A stretch of DNA of 64,000 bases from the human T2T-CHM13v2.0 reference genome, Homo sapiens, in the NCBI RefSeq assembly GCF_009914755.1, contig NC_060929.1; one strand, given 5' to 3'. A program made the position numbers and the translations under genes. The notes below the pieces were generated by a model that ran no database searches, was not told the origin of the DNA, and was given only the letters and a program-made list of their open reading frames with translations. Shown piece after piece: positions 43,915 through 57,712 of the stretch (the stretch's first letter is position 1; each line of letters starts with the position of its first letter).

Positions 43915-44400
43915 ATTCATTCAACAACTGTCTTTTGACAATATAATACAGAATTAGAACATAGCATTAGATCCTAGGAGAAGAATGATAAGACTGAGGC
44001 CATGATCTGACTTTGAGAGTTTAAACTTCGGAGAAAGGCACAAAAATAATTTGTTATAATCTTTAATAAAGAGTCTATTAGGAGCATGTGCAATGTACAG
44101 CAGGCAAGACAGAGACCGTAACTATAGTGAAAGGTAAGTGGTGTGGGTTAAGCAATCAACACATGTGAGGTTATGCCTAAAGAAACTTCCTCTGAAGGAC
44201 AGGATTGGATATACTTCAAAGAGTTTGCCTAAAATGTATGCAATAGGTCCTCCGTTTGATGAGAAATAAAAAAGAAGGTAATCAAAGTTGGAAATAATGA
44301 GATCTATAACCTGGCAAACATCCTACAATATCTGTAATCAGTCTAGCAGAACTAATGTAAGAATTTGCAATGTGGAGTCAGCAACAGGCAAGCTCAAACT
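43915..44400 (-). mobile_element. L2 relic
   Basis: ATTCATTCAACAA reverse L2 tail followed by degenerate purine-rich L2 body. Confidence 0.55.
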
Positions 44401-45759
44401 TTCTAAAGCTGTGGTTGATAGCTATTTATCTCCAATAATACTCTGATGTTTTTCATTTCATTGGCCTCCAAATTTTGGTTGAAGAAAGTATGTTGTTGTT
44501 GGAAAATTAGATAATTTCTTTACTGATCTCATGGAGACTTGGCTAGGAAAATTTTATTTAGTAAATAGCATTGCTAGGCACCCTGCCATGTCTTGCAGAC
44601 AAAACAATGTTCCAGGGTCACTGAGTTTTGGGAAATCATACATAGAATTGTTAAAATAAATGAAGTAAGAGCAGGAAAAATATAGTCTAGGCAGATAGCA
44701 AGTTACGTAAGAACACAGAACCCTTAAGAGGTTGCTATTTCTGAAGCATTTCCAGAATTTCATTTTGCATGGAATGAAGAAGGTAACAGATTGGAAAGTC
44801 AGGAAGGGCCTATCATAAGATTTCACCATGCCGAGCTTATGAGTCTGGATAATGGGAATCCTCTCCAAGATAAAAATAGGGGCCGCCCAAGAACAGAATT
44901 TTTTTTTTTACAAAGTTGTTTGTTTCTCTGTGTAAGCAGAAAGAACAATTGTTCCATTCACTCAATTTACAAAGCCAAAGGAAACTTTTGATAAGTTTAA
45001 AAGCAGTTACAGTCATTTATGTGGAAAACAGTCAACAAAATAAATATGAAAATGGAGATAAAACCACAATTTATTTCACAGTTACGCTGCCTTAATAATT
45101 GATAATCAATATCTAAACGGGAGGGTGGCTATAATTGCACGTGTGGGTATTGTGTTTTCACGTGTGTGTAAACTGGTACAGGAATGATGTGTGTGCGTCT
45201 GTGTGTGCCTGTGTGTTTAGTTCCCAAGAAGGCATTAGAACTACACAGAGCAAAAAACTACACAGAGCAAAAAAAAAACATTTCATCCCATTTGAAAGAA
45301 TACAATACACCTTTCATATAAAAAAGGGCCAAATTGTTACAGCTAGCATTTTGGTTCTGAACTCATAATCTGTTTAATAGAGTCAATATAATTCTCTGAG
45401 TTTAATTCTCTTAACTTTAGTTAATTCCTTCCTCAGTTGAGTTATCTTAACTTTCCTCAGTTTCAAAATATGAAGCACTATTTTTTTATCATTATTATTT
45501 TGTTTTTAGGGAACTACATATTGTAAATGAGAAAACAAGATAAAAGGATTTATTTAGATCAATAAAAAAAATCCAGAATTGCAAGTACTTACATTGCCAA
45601 ATGAATTATTTTCATTACTATTTAATCAAGAGATGACAATCTGTTGCTTATTACGTGCATAACACCAATAAAATGATTATTAAAAATAATGTCTTATGTG
45701 CAATAAATAAGGTTCCTACATCGAGAGAAACAGAAATGGTCAGGCAAAATTTTAGTGGA

Positions 45760-45933
45760 GTGAAATATAAGCTTCGTGATGGGAGATATTTTATCTGTTC
45801 TGTTAACTGCTTTGTTAATTGCCATCTATCTTGTTAATTGCATAGTTAGTCCCTCTATCTAGGTAATGCAATACTTAAAACAGTGGCTGCATTACAAGAG
45901 TCCGTGGTATTTGTTGAGTAAAAGAATGAATGC
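45760..45933 (+). mobile_element. L2 3' end
   Basis: AATATAAGCTTCGTGATGGGAG..TATTTGTTGAGTAAAAGAATGAATG. Confidence 0.6.
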
Positions 45934-46686
45934 AGTACCCCTGGTAACACGGTTGGCTTACCACTGCAATACACTGTCATTGGCATCCTGGAGGGCAGTC
46001 TCATAGATACACAAGGGAAGGAAACTCAAACTGTTTTACTCTTAGCATCAATAATTTTTGCTATGGAATTAAACCTTTAAAATAGCGTCAAATGAGGCAT
46101 ACATTTTGACATGTGATAAAAACCGTAAATAAACTACTTATGTGACACAGTTCTCAAATACCTTATATAATATAAAATTATGGAAATTATATTTTCTTGG
46201 ATGGAAGATGCTGGACATCTGCATCTCAAACATGGAATTATTTGTGAGTATGAGTTACTTTTGTATCCAATGTGCCATTAAGTGGTGCGCTAATGGCAGT
46301 TGGCCCTGAGAGGCTCAATTATGTAGAAAGGCAAGTTATGTCATAAAAGTAACAGTCACCTCCTCTGAAAGTGTCATTCCTCATAAAATATTTAAAAAGG
46401 AGGAAAGCAAAGCAAAACAAAACAAAAACTAAACTAAGCCAAAAGCACTTCCTGCCTACCAAGTTTTAATTGGTCTAGCAGTTATTGACTGTTGCTGGAA
46501 AGGGGTCTCATAGGAAAAGCCTGCTATACCTCTGACAATGCAAGTCATAAGAGAAATAATAATTTTGCCAAAGACTAGTGCCAACAGTTTATGAACAAGC
46601 TGATTAATTGTACAAATATTCAGATACAATGGATCAGATATGTAGACACTACTAAAAAGCAACTCAGATACTACTTCACAAGTTAA

Positions 46687-47125
<439 letters not shown>

Positions 47126-48175
47126 CTATGTTTGGTATCCCTAAACCACATTTAACAGTGTACAATTATTATTTACAATATCAATGATGATTATTGGTCA
47201 TTGCATGCTCCATGTATACTAATTGTGTAAAGGCTCAATCTGACCTCATTGTAATATTTCCTAGGACCATCCCAGCATTTTAATTTGTTTTGATGGTTCC
47301 AGGGGTACAAAATCAATAGTGAACGCCAGATACCTATCCCGTATTTTCCTGGAGACAATGATTGATGTCAATATTTATGTGGGCACACATTAGGTTATTC
47401 TTTATGAGTAACTAATAGCAGAAAATGTGGATAAATGTATAATTATGCCCCTTCTTAGCTTAGTTTTTAAATATTGCCTCCTTTATATCATTTTATACAC
47501 TTACAATACTTGCCTTCCTCAGATTTCAGTTACTTGGGTAATCATTTCTCTATCTCTCATTGACAAACTTGTTGATCTTGAGTGATTCCTAGCAAAGGGT
47601 AGAAATTAATTATCTCTATCATTCTCAATATACCTACATGAACTATATGACTAATTGGAAGAAGGATAGGATTTTATTTCTACCTATGAAGCACTAAAAG
47701 AACCCATTAACTTTTTTACAAGGTAAAAATATACACTTGGGGAATGGAGGTATTCAATTCTAATCTTGGCTTTTTCCTTACTTAATCTCTGTAGGCATCA
47801 ATTTTCACATTTGCTACAAAAGATGTTTATATTATAATTTGTATAAAACCCTTTCCAGTTCTAATAGCTTAGTATTGTCCCTTTATTGCTAGGACTTATA
47901 AAAGGGAAAAAGAATTTCTAGTTGTATTATAGTCATGTGAGGAGTTCCTATCCAATATTACATTTGACCAGGCCTTTTGGCAATGTGAGTAATATGGCTG
48001 AGAATGTGAATATCTGGAAGTATTCCTGTTAAATTTCATATGTATCCTCAGAATCTGCATGAATTACTTTAGCTGTTTAAACTATTTCTTCAGAAAGTCA
48101 AGTTTAAAAGGTGTGAGGAATCTTTAGCAAAAAATTATGTGCTATTGCTTGTCTGTTTATTTAACTGAGTTACAT

Positions 48176-48354
48176 GTTGGGTGTGGTGGCAGGTGCCTGT
48201 AATCCCAGCTACTTGGGAGGCTGATGAGGGGAAAATCATTGGAACCCAGGAGGTGGAGGTTGCAGTGAGCCAAGATGGTGCCACTGCACTCCAGCCTGGG
48301 CAACAGAGCAAGCCTCTGTCTCAAAACAAACAAAACAAAACAAACAAACAAAAA
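48176..48354 (+). mobile_element. Alu right arm only, (CAAA)n tail
   Basis: GGTGTGGTGGCAGGTGCCTGTAATCCCAGCTAC..CAACAGAGCAAG. Confidence 0.9.
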
Positions 48355-49212
48355 TCCTCTCTTAGTTATTTTAGATTGGCTAATCCCTGAAATAAACTGT
48401 GAGATTCAAAGATTATTTGTAATTAGCACTGAGGGAAAGTATGGAATCCATTGAAATTTTCTTTCTCATACTCAATATTGAAAACTATGGTTGAATTACA
48501 TAAAATACCAATACTCAAGTTAGGCTCATCTGAATCCTATGTAATGTTTTAAGCTTTTTTCTTTCTTTTTTTTTTTTTCTGGCCATCACCGTTCACTGCG
48601 ACTACATTTTATAAAAAGAAAATAAATCCTATAAGAGAGATGCTTCCAGTCTGGCAGTCAAGTATAAATTTGAGTCATTCCACTTATTCGTTGACAAATA
48701 TGCCAGCTGAAAGCAAGAATTGGTTGTAAAAAATGTGTTATCATTTATATATAATAATCATTCACAGACAGAGCCACAAATTTTAAGCTTTGTTGACCGT
48801 CTAAAGCTTTCTTTTCATGCCAAATCAAAAAGATGTAACTTCTAGTGCCTTTATACACTACTTTTAATATAGTAGCATTTTCTTCATTCACAGTTGGTGT
48901 GTCCTGCTACTCTCGTCTTCTAAACATAGTTGAGAATTTAAAATAATGGAGAAAGTGAATTTTGGGTTACAGAAATAGCTGTTACGAAGACTAAGCATTA
49001 GAACATCATTTAGAGTTTATTTCCTTAAATTGCATACAATTCTAACAACTTTGATTATCCGATTTCTTAAACACTGCAGATTAGAAAAAGGAAATTACAA
49101 GGAAGAAGGCTGCCAGGATCCTGGAGTGCAACTGTGTGTGTGACAGATACAAACAGACATCAGAATGTGGGCATCATGCTGAATAATTCTTGGTCATAAT
49201 AATACTTTACAG

Positions 49213-50286
49213 TGTAAAAGAAAATGATTTTTATATTTGTTAAAATGGCAAAGAAGACTTTACTCAAAACTGTTTCAATAGAGGTCAAGACTATTGTGAT
49301 AAAAAACAAAAGAGAGAGGTTAAACTCAACTCTGAATACAACAGAGACAAGTGGTGATTTGTAGCTAAGACTGAATGTGAAATTTCTAAGACGACTTGTT
49401 TAGGAATGAAGGGTGGGGAAGAAGTGCTTACTTGGATATCAAGAGTGGAGGATTCTCAATAAACTGGCTTAGCAGGATTCTTTGATAGAAGCAGACTCAA
49501 CTTGTTACTGAGAATTCTGCATTGGAATGGATTATTTAATGGAGATTAACAGAGCTGGAGCTCTGGGCCAACAATCTCAGTTCTTGTGATGGTAAGCAAA
49601 GTATTGCAGACTAACACCAAAATGCAAGCTCCAAGCAAAGTTTATTGAAGCATAGTAATACACTCTCAGAGGGAGAGTGGGCTGATTTCTGCGAAGTGAA
49701 ATCAACTGCTTTTTACAGAACTCAGGGTGCTTTTATGGGGCTTGGTGGGGGGAGTTGAGGTTTGGGCTGTGTCTGAACGAAAGGATGATGTTATTTGATT
49801 GAAGTTTATGGTTACAGAGCTAGAATTAAACTGCATATGTTTTTACCCATAATTCATTAAGAAAAGCCCACTCAGGGAGCAAAATCGCAAGTAAATTTTA
49901 TTATAATGAGCTTAGGGTAAAATGAACTTAGGGTCAACTCGAAGATACAGTTTTAGGTTACCGAGCACATGTCACTTTAGGGAATTTTCACCTGTGCCCT
50001 AGTTTCTCCTTCTACAGAATGTGCTTGCCACAGACTTTACCACAAATTCCATCAGAGTAGAGTCAGGGCAGTCTTGGGGTTGAACCTAGGTGGGCCAGGG
50101 GCTGTCTTAGTGACAGCCTTGTCTGCTTTCTTTTCTCATAGCAGCTTTTCTTCCCAGCTGCTAGTGTCAATCTAACTACCTAACAAACCCACTCCGCAGG
50201 CCAAGGATGGGATCAAGAACAAAGTCTGCAGGAAAAGGCCTCAGAGGAGCTTGAAAAAAGTTTGCTCAAGTGAGGAGTCAGTGTCA
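49213..50286 (-). mobile_element. MER31 ERV1 solo LTR split by a second LTR
   Basis: TGTAAAAGAAAAT..TTGTTAAAATGG..AAGACTTTA..AACTCAACTCTGAATACA..CTTAGCAGGATTCTT; resumes at ~50190 with CTCAGAGGAGC..AAAGTTTG..TGTCA. Confidence 0.85.
49503..50185 (-). mobile_element. ERV1 (MER4-group-like) solo LTR, subfamily unresolved
   Basis: TG...CA termini; 4-bp flanks AACT/AACC; minus-strand AATAAA (TTTATT at 49641) and TATA-like TTTTATG at ~49731. Confidence 0.75.
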
Positions 50287-51028
50287 GCAGTCACCAAGAA
50301 AAGGTGCATTAAAGATTTGTGCCCCCAAAGAAATAAGAGAATCCTGTGCAGCCTTTGAGAAAAATGTATATTAAAAATGTTTATTTCTCCCTAATTATGC
50401 CAACTAAATAGCAGACTCCCGTTATCTAGAAAATACACTAATTCAAAGCACTTTATTTCCTAACGATGCATTTTGTAATTTATTAACTCATCAGGTAAAA
50501 TAATTGTCTTTAACTTTTCCAAATTTAAAAAGGCACATCAGTGGCTCATCAAAATTTCTGAGTCAACTGTGGAATAACCATGATCTGTCCTTCTATGAAA
50601 AAGGTCATCAATATTTTGTGAAAGATTAAGTGTGGTCAGCAGTAAGTTAACAAAGAGGAGGAAAATTAATATTTGCCTGGATGTGTGACACAATGTTTTA
50701 TATACCACCTTTAGAAAACAGATGTAATTTGTTAGTAGAAAATTTCCTGCCTGTGGCTGAACATTATTGAAAGTTATACCATTTGCTTTATAGAGATAGC
50801 TCCTTACTGAAAATAGATTTACTAGATAAAATGTGGAAGCTTCCTATAACATTTAACTTTGTTACTCTGAAATGCTGTTTCTCCTTTGAATTTTTCCCCA
50901 TTTTCCTTTTATCCTTTTTCCTTCCTTCTTTAAATCCTTACTTCCTCTCTCCTTCCCTTTTTCTGTTTTTCTCAGTGTCCTTCTTGTTTATTTGTTCTTT
51001 CTTCAGTCAATAAAGTTATTTACCCCAT

Positions 51029-51420
51029 TATTATGGTTGTTTCCCCTCCAAAATTCAAATGTTGAAACTTAATGGCCAATGTGATGTTATTAAGAGGCGA
51101 AGCCTTTAAGAGATGATTAGGCCATGAGGACTTCTCCCTCATGAATGGGATGAAAATCCTGATAAAAAAAAAAAAAGGGCTACACACAGTGTCCACAGTG
51201 TGTCTTGCTTTTCTGCTTTCTGCCATGTGAAGACACAGCATTCCTCCCTATCACAGTATTCAGCAAGAAGTTGTCATCTTGGAAGCAGAGACCAATTCTC
51301 ACTAGCCAGTACTTTGATTTTATACTTCCCAGCTCTCAGAACTGTCAGAAATATGCCTCTGTTTTCTAGAAGTTAACCAGTCTCACATATTTTTTACAGC
51401 ACCACAAATGGACTAAGAAA
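51029..51420 (+). mobile_element. MSTD-like MaLR solo LTR
   Basis: CCCCTCCAAAATTCAAATGTTGAAACTTAAT..CCCTCATGAATGGGAT..GCCATGTGAAGACACAGC..CAAATGGACTAAGA. Confidence 0.85.
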
Positions 51421-51675
51421 CCTGCTGTCCTCCCGCAATATCTTTTACACTCCAATTTCATTTATTTTATTTTTGTGTGTGTCAAGTTCAATTTCTGTCA
51501 ACATACATGAGTTTACTTCTATCTATCATTTACAGGAACAGCAAAATTTTATATCATGTGAAAATGTTTTCCTTCCGTTTACTACTCACACATGAGTTAT
51601 CCTGAGGTTAAATGTGAATGTTTGAGATTTTATCGAATCTACTTTAAGCTTTGTCTTTGAGATCTCTTATTTTAT

Positions 51676-52069
51676 TTTATTTTTTTTAATATTTCTTTTT
51701 ATTATACTTTAAGTTCTAGGGTACATGTATACAACGTGCAGGTTTGTTACATATGTATACATGTGCCATGTTGGTGTGCTGCACCCATTAACTCATCATT
51801 TACATTAGGTATATCTCCTAATGCTATCCGTCCCCTCTCCCCCCACCCCACAACAGGCCCTGGTGTGTGATGTTCCCCTTCCCATATCCAAGCGCTCTCG
51901 TTCAATTCCCACCTATGATTGAGAACATGCGGTGTTTGGTTTTTTGTCCTTGCGATAGTTTGCTGAGAATGATGGTTTCCACCTTCATCCATGTCCCTAC
52001 AAAGGACATGAATTCATCATTTTTTATGGCTGCATAGTATTCCATAGTGTATATGTGCCACATTTTCTT
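51676..52069 (-). mobile_element. Short 5'-truncated L1PA4/5-like 3' end
   Basis: Minus-strand MWHIYTMEYYAAIK..MFSIIGGN; TSD TTTGAGAT(C/A)TCTTATTTTAT at ~51656 and ~52076. Confidence 0.95.
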
Positions 52070-52459
52070 TTTTTTTTTGAGATATCTTATTTTATAAACA
52101 ATTGTATGACAATGAACATTTATCACACATAAGTTTATACATAATTTTACTGATCATGGCATGATCTCTTTCATCAGGCATGACAGATATTCTTTATGTT
52201 TTATTCAAAACCTTGAATAAACTTTATTTTTTCTTAATTTTTTAAAAAATGTATTTATTAGCTATAGCCAATGAAATTAGATTCTATATTAGAAAAATGA
52301 ACTGATTAAAATTCACCCTTTCCTAGAAAATTATGTAGAAAGTTTAGTAAAAGTGATATTGCTGTTGGGATCCTGCTTGGTACCTCTCAGATACTCTAAA
52401 TACTCAAAAATTTTCTCACTACCTACCTCAGTGATGCTGGGAAGATGAATACAGTACTT

Positions 52460-52740
52460 ATTTTTACAGACACGCTTACAGCTGAAAATGGCATGGAATC
52501 TATATCTGACCAGAGAGGTATAAACAGACGTCTGCAGGTGGTGGGAAGGAGAAAGGTGCAGAAAGGGAGTAAACTTATGAAAAGTTTTTGTTTTCCGATT
52601 AACCAAAACAATGACCAAAATGATGGAAAAAGTACAGGTGCAACAAGCAAAGCCTTTCCATTTTGTCCCTAATTATTGTTCTAAACTTAGATATCACGTC
52701 TGGAACTGAAGCAGCTATCTTGAGAACTTGAGTAAAAAGC
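52460..52740. mobile_element. Possible ancient ERVL LTR relic (LTR16/LTR33-like)
   Basis: GAAAAGTTTTTGTTTTCCGAT and TCTGGAACTGAAGCAGCTATCTTG resemble LTR16/33 motifs. Confidence 0.4.
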
Positions 52741-53840
52741 ATGTGAAAAAGGCCAACTAGAGCTTCCTGTTGCATGAATATATATATATATATATCCGAT
52801 ACAGAAAGAAATCATGAGGATGTACCTAAGTACATTGGAATAAATGTATGATACCACCAACAATTTTTCACATATATTAAAATCTTGATACAACATGACA
52901 TCTTTTGGAACTTACATCAACTTAGTTGCTAATTCCAATCATACTTTTCCTACAGGTCTCATGTCCAGTTTATACTTCTTCCCATAATAAAAATCTAATT
53001 TCTATCATAAGTAACATATCATATTGAAACTATCTGTTTTTTAAATTGGAAAGAAGTTAGTGATATTAGGGTTAACTTTTTCCTTAGAAATGTGAGTGTA
53101 AGTGCTGGAGTTTGAGAATTTTTATGGTAAGGCTAAAAAGAAAACATATTAATTATATATTAAGTATCTCATTTATGAATTTGAGAATATAAGACTAAAC
53201 ATACAAGCCCAGGGCTTCATATAAATGATGTATAAATTTAATAAAAATAAAGACATAATTTATAAATTGTGTTTCAATTTAATAACATCTCCCACAATAT
53301 GGATTGATAGATCTATAACTGGTCTAGGTCATGTTTTAAAATATAATACCCCCTTTCGTATTGTATCATTAAGAGAAATATATTCAAACTTCTTTTTAAA
53401 GGAAGAAAGAATGTCTACATATGTACATGTATGTACACATTTATATGTATTAACATTCAGACACATTTGTAAGTGTACAAAAATTTCTTGCAGATTTAGT
53501 TAGAATAAAAATAATACAATTCATATTCCATAGCTGACTATAAAGTACTCCTGTAAAGTCTAGGGCAAAAATAAGAAAACCTTATTATCTTTCATGTTTG
53601 TCTACAAAAAAGAAAAAATATATATATATAATTGAATTGCTAATGAGTAAACGTTGATAATTTATAACAATATTTTCTGATATATTGCCAGGAGTATTCC
53701 ATTTACTTATGAAGTTTCAGTCTGATAATATTTCCAGAAACAATTTTGAAAATCAACACAGTATGCATAAGAATTTTTTTTTTTTAATTTGCTGAAATAT
53801 GTGTGTGTGTGTTATGTACATTTTTAAAGTATATTTTTCT

Positions 53841-54209
<369 letters not shown>

Positions 54210-54541
54210 TTAAGTACTGTCTACATTATTGCACATCATCCAAATCTTTATATTAATTCCTTTAATTTAAAAATAAAAATGCATTGTAATGCATTTTCTA
54301 CCAATGCAAAAATAAAAGAAAACCAAATAACTCATATCAAAAGAAAATGAGTACACACACGCATCCCCACACCACACAGACACACATACTGAAGCAATTG
54401 CTAATATTAATGTATGCACTTCTTAGCTGTATTCTCCTGGTATATGCATCTATATGGATAGACAATTAAAACACTAGTCAGTTTTTTGTCACCTTGCTAT
54501 GTGGTTCTCTAGCACCTCACACTACATATGAAAAAACTCAT

Positions 54542-54902
54542 TGCATTAGTCTGTTCTCATGCTGCTAATAAAGATATTTCTGAGACTGGGTAATTTATAA
54601 CAGAAAGAGGTTTAATTGACTCACAGTTCCACATGGCTAGGAAAGCCTCATAATCATGGTGGAAGGTAAATGCCGAGCAAAGTCACGTCTTACATGGCAG
54701 CAGGCAAGAGAGCATGTGCAGGAGAAATATTCTTTATAAAACCATCAGATCTATTGAGACTTACTCACTATCATGAGAACAGCTTGGGAAAGACCTGCCC
54801 TATAATTCAATTACCTCCCACCAGGTCCCTCCAATGACGTGAGAATTATGAGAGCTATAATTCAAGTTGAGACTTGGGTGGGGACACAGCCAAACCACAT
54901 CG
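54542..54902 (-). mobile_element. THE1C-like MaLR solo LTR inserted in an L2 relic
   Basis: TGCATTAGTCTGTTCTCATGCTGCTAATAAAG..GGGGACACAGCCAAACCA; 5-bp TSD (C/T)TCAT. Confidence 0.92.
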
Positions 54903-55070
54903 TTCATTATTCTTTATTGTAATTACTTTCTAATAGTAACATTTCTTACTACTCTGTAAATTACTTGAGAGCAGGACTTATGTCTTTTTTCATCAATGTT
55001 CCATCTTTGGTACCTACCCCAGTGTACAGCACATAATAAGATAATCCATTAGTGTTTGTTGAATGAATAC
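54903..55070 (+). mobile_element. L2 3' end
   Basis: CTGTAAATTACTTGAGAGCAGGAC..GCACATAATAAG..TGTTTGTTGAATGAAT. Confidence 0.75.
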
Positions 55071-56151
55071 ATATTTGTGAGGTCTTTTCAGATGTTGCTA
55101 AGAGTTTTTATTTCTAAGTTATGTCCAGTCAAAACAGCTTAAGAATGCATTATAAATGAATTGAAGAGCACAGAGTCCTTCTTAGAAATCTGGGGAAAAA
55201 TACTGCACTGATGAACATAAAATTTAGTGGCCAAAATTTACCAATTTGAAGTAAGTCTCTTTGGGAATCATGGGCTTTCAAATTTAAGAGAATAAATGGA
55301 GAAAAATATTTTAGAAAATTTTTGTTTATGATTTGTAATTATTAATCAAGAAATGTTTAATATCTTGGCCATGAAGGAATAGTGATTTCCCTCATTAAGT
55401 GTTGGCAAGAATATGGTCTAAAAATGGTATAAAAGGCATGCTATAGTAAATCTTCCAATTAATGTTTCAAAAAGGCATTTTTCTTGTAAATATTTTGATT
55501 TTGGTAAGTTCATAAACACTTTTTAATCAAATTGCCTATATTTCAGTGTATCTGAATTCAAGTTTAAGTTTGACCTTTTATTTTCAGTTTATTTCAAACT
55601 GAATATTTGCAATATAAGTTTAACAGCACCACAAATTGTTTCATTGAAAACTAATGTTTTATAACACAAAGTAACTTATAGCCATGGCATCTATATGAAC
55701 AGAAAACCATAAATGATTAGAAGAGCTACTCGTCTTCCCATATATTTCTGCATATAGTTCTTTAAGAAAACCATGTAAAGAAATTTATATACTTTATACC
55801 ATCAATGATATTCAGTTTGCAGTGCTTTTAAAGACACAGATAATAAGCATAAAGTGCTAACATTTGCTATGTGGGCTGTCAAAAAATCATTTGAAACCAT
55901 TGGGGAGATATATTTCACAGAGGTTGAGACAAAAAAGTGAACTTAAAATATGCAAAAATAAGTATAATCAAAATATAAATCTGTTTCCAAAAATAATGGC
56001 ATTATCATGGGATTGATTTCATTAACATTCTTCAGCACATTAAACAAATTGTACTATGTGTTTTTTGTATTATCTTGGAATACTCACTTCTTCCATAAAG
56101 AAAAGGATGCACTCATTAGATGAGATGAGACTCATAACAAAAGTTAAGTTG

Positions 56152-56558
56152 AAAATGCCCATCAGTGACAGATTGGATAAAAACATACACACCATGGAAT
56201 ACTATGTAGCTGCACAAAAGAATGAGATCACATTCTTTTCAGGAACATGATGGAGTTTGAGACCATTATCCTAAACAAGTTGATGCAGTAAGAGAAAACT
56301 AAATACCGCACGTCCTGATTTATAAGTAAGAGCTAAATAACAATACAACATGGACGCCAAGATGGGAACAAGAGACACCAGGGCAGATTTGAGGGTGGAG
56401 GGTGGCAGGAGGGAGAAAATCAGAAAAAAATAACTATTGTGTATGAGGCTTAGTACCTGAGTGATGAAATAATCTGCAAAACAAACCCCTATGACACAAG
56501 TTTACCTATATAACAAACTTGCACACGTACCCCTAAACCTAAATTAAAAGCTTAAAAA
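56152..56558 (+). mobile_element. 5'-truncated L1PA13-like 3' end
   Basis: GAGGGTGGAGGGTGG..GATGAAATAATCTG..ACAAACCCCTATGACACAAGTTTACCTATATAACAAAC; TSD AAAAGTTAAG. Confidence 0.9.
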
Positions 56559-57317
56559 GTTAAGCTTATATAGTAAAATATCTAGTAACTTATGAGTGAG
56601 AATTAAAATGCATTGGATATGTTAATTATAGACAATGTATATGTAAAAAGCTAATCAAACAGTCTGAAATTATATGACTTGTTATATGTGTATATTAACT
56701 TAGTACCCTTAAACCACACCAACGATAGAGAATTACCATGTAACAAATGAGAGAAATAGAAAGACCAAGTCATTATAATACACAGGCTGATAACTCCATT
56801 ACCCCTAAATCAGCCACCTATTTGGTAAAACCAGTTTTTATCTGGTATACTTTTACTTGTCTTGCCTTATGGCAAGTCTGTGTCATTAGCACAGGGGCCC
56901 CTTGCTCAAACCTGCACCCTGGTACTCATGACTATACCATTCATGTGGAAGGCTGATGTGGTAGAGAGATAAACGGTATGCATTACCATCATATAGTCTA
57001 GGACTCAAGTAGTGTTGCCTTTCTGCTCACTTACACCTTGTCCTAACTACTTTAAGCTGCCCCGTCACTTTTATCTGACTGTGTTTTAAACTGATGTAAT
57101 ATGAGCATTTTAATTTGACTTGTGAGCCTTTCTGTTTCTGTTCTGTGACATTTGGAATGGTTTGCCTGATAGGGCAACTAACAGGCTACAAGTCCATGAA
57201 AGTCATTCAAGATCTTTAATTTTCAAACAACAAATAAGCTAGAAAGAAATACCCCATGCATTGCTTAGTTTAGTGCAGAAGAAAGAAATAATATCCTATC
57301 AATCAATCAACCTGTCT

Positions 57318-57424
57318 ATAGATATGTGTGTATATGTATGTGTGTGTGTATATATATATGTGTGTGTGTGTGTGTGTATATGTATATATATGTGTGTGTG
57401 TATATATATATGTATATATGTATA
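57318..57424. repeat. Compound (TG)n/(TA)n microsatellite
   Basis: Direct inspection. Confidence 0.92.
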
Positions 57425-57474
57425 AATGTATTTGGCTGTGTTGTCTTTCACTGTGAGGAAGAAAGAAATGTTAA

Positions 57475-57712
57475 GTTGTGTGGTTAGCAGCTCTGATCCT
57501 GATGAGTTTACCAGCGTGGAATTAACAGCTCAGCTGTCATTAATTTTCATATCCTTGAGCAAACCAGTATCTTCTTCAAACCTAAACTTACTCAATTAAA
57601 AAGTAGAAACAATAAACAGTCCTGCTTCCATAGCAATTGGAAAGATTTAATCAGAAAATATTTGTAAAATGCTTAGAAAAAAGCCCTGTACATGAAAATA
57701 TCCAATAACAGT
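57475..57712 (+). mobile_element. MIR relic
   Basis: TGTGGTTAG..CCTTGAGCAA..TGTAAAATGCTTAGAA. Confidence 0.55.

Noticed and set aside
44791-44991. Non-repeat ORF (ESQEGPIIRFHHAEL..)
   Set aside because: TTG start, no recognisable domain, no convincing splice sites, and it runs into a T homopolymer.
45239-45272. 17-bp tandem duplication AACTACACAGAGCAAAA
   Set aside because: Real, but an ordinary slippage-scale event with no sign of an inserted element.
54276-54297. Palindrome AAAATGCATT-GT-AATGCATTTT as a terminator or RNA hairpin
   Set aside because: AT-rich and isolated, with no associated gene; plausible by chance or minor palindrome correction.
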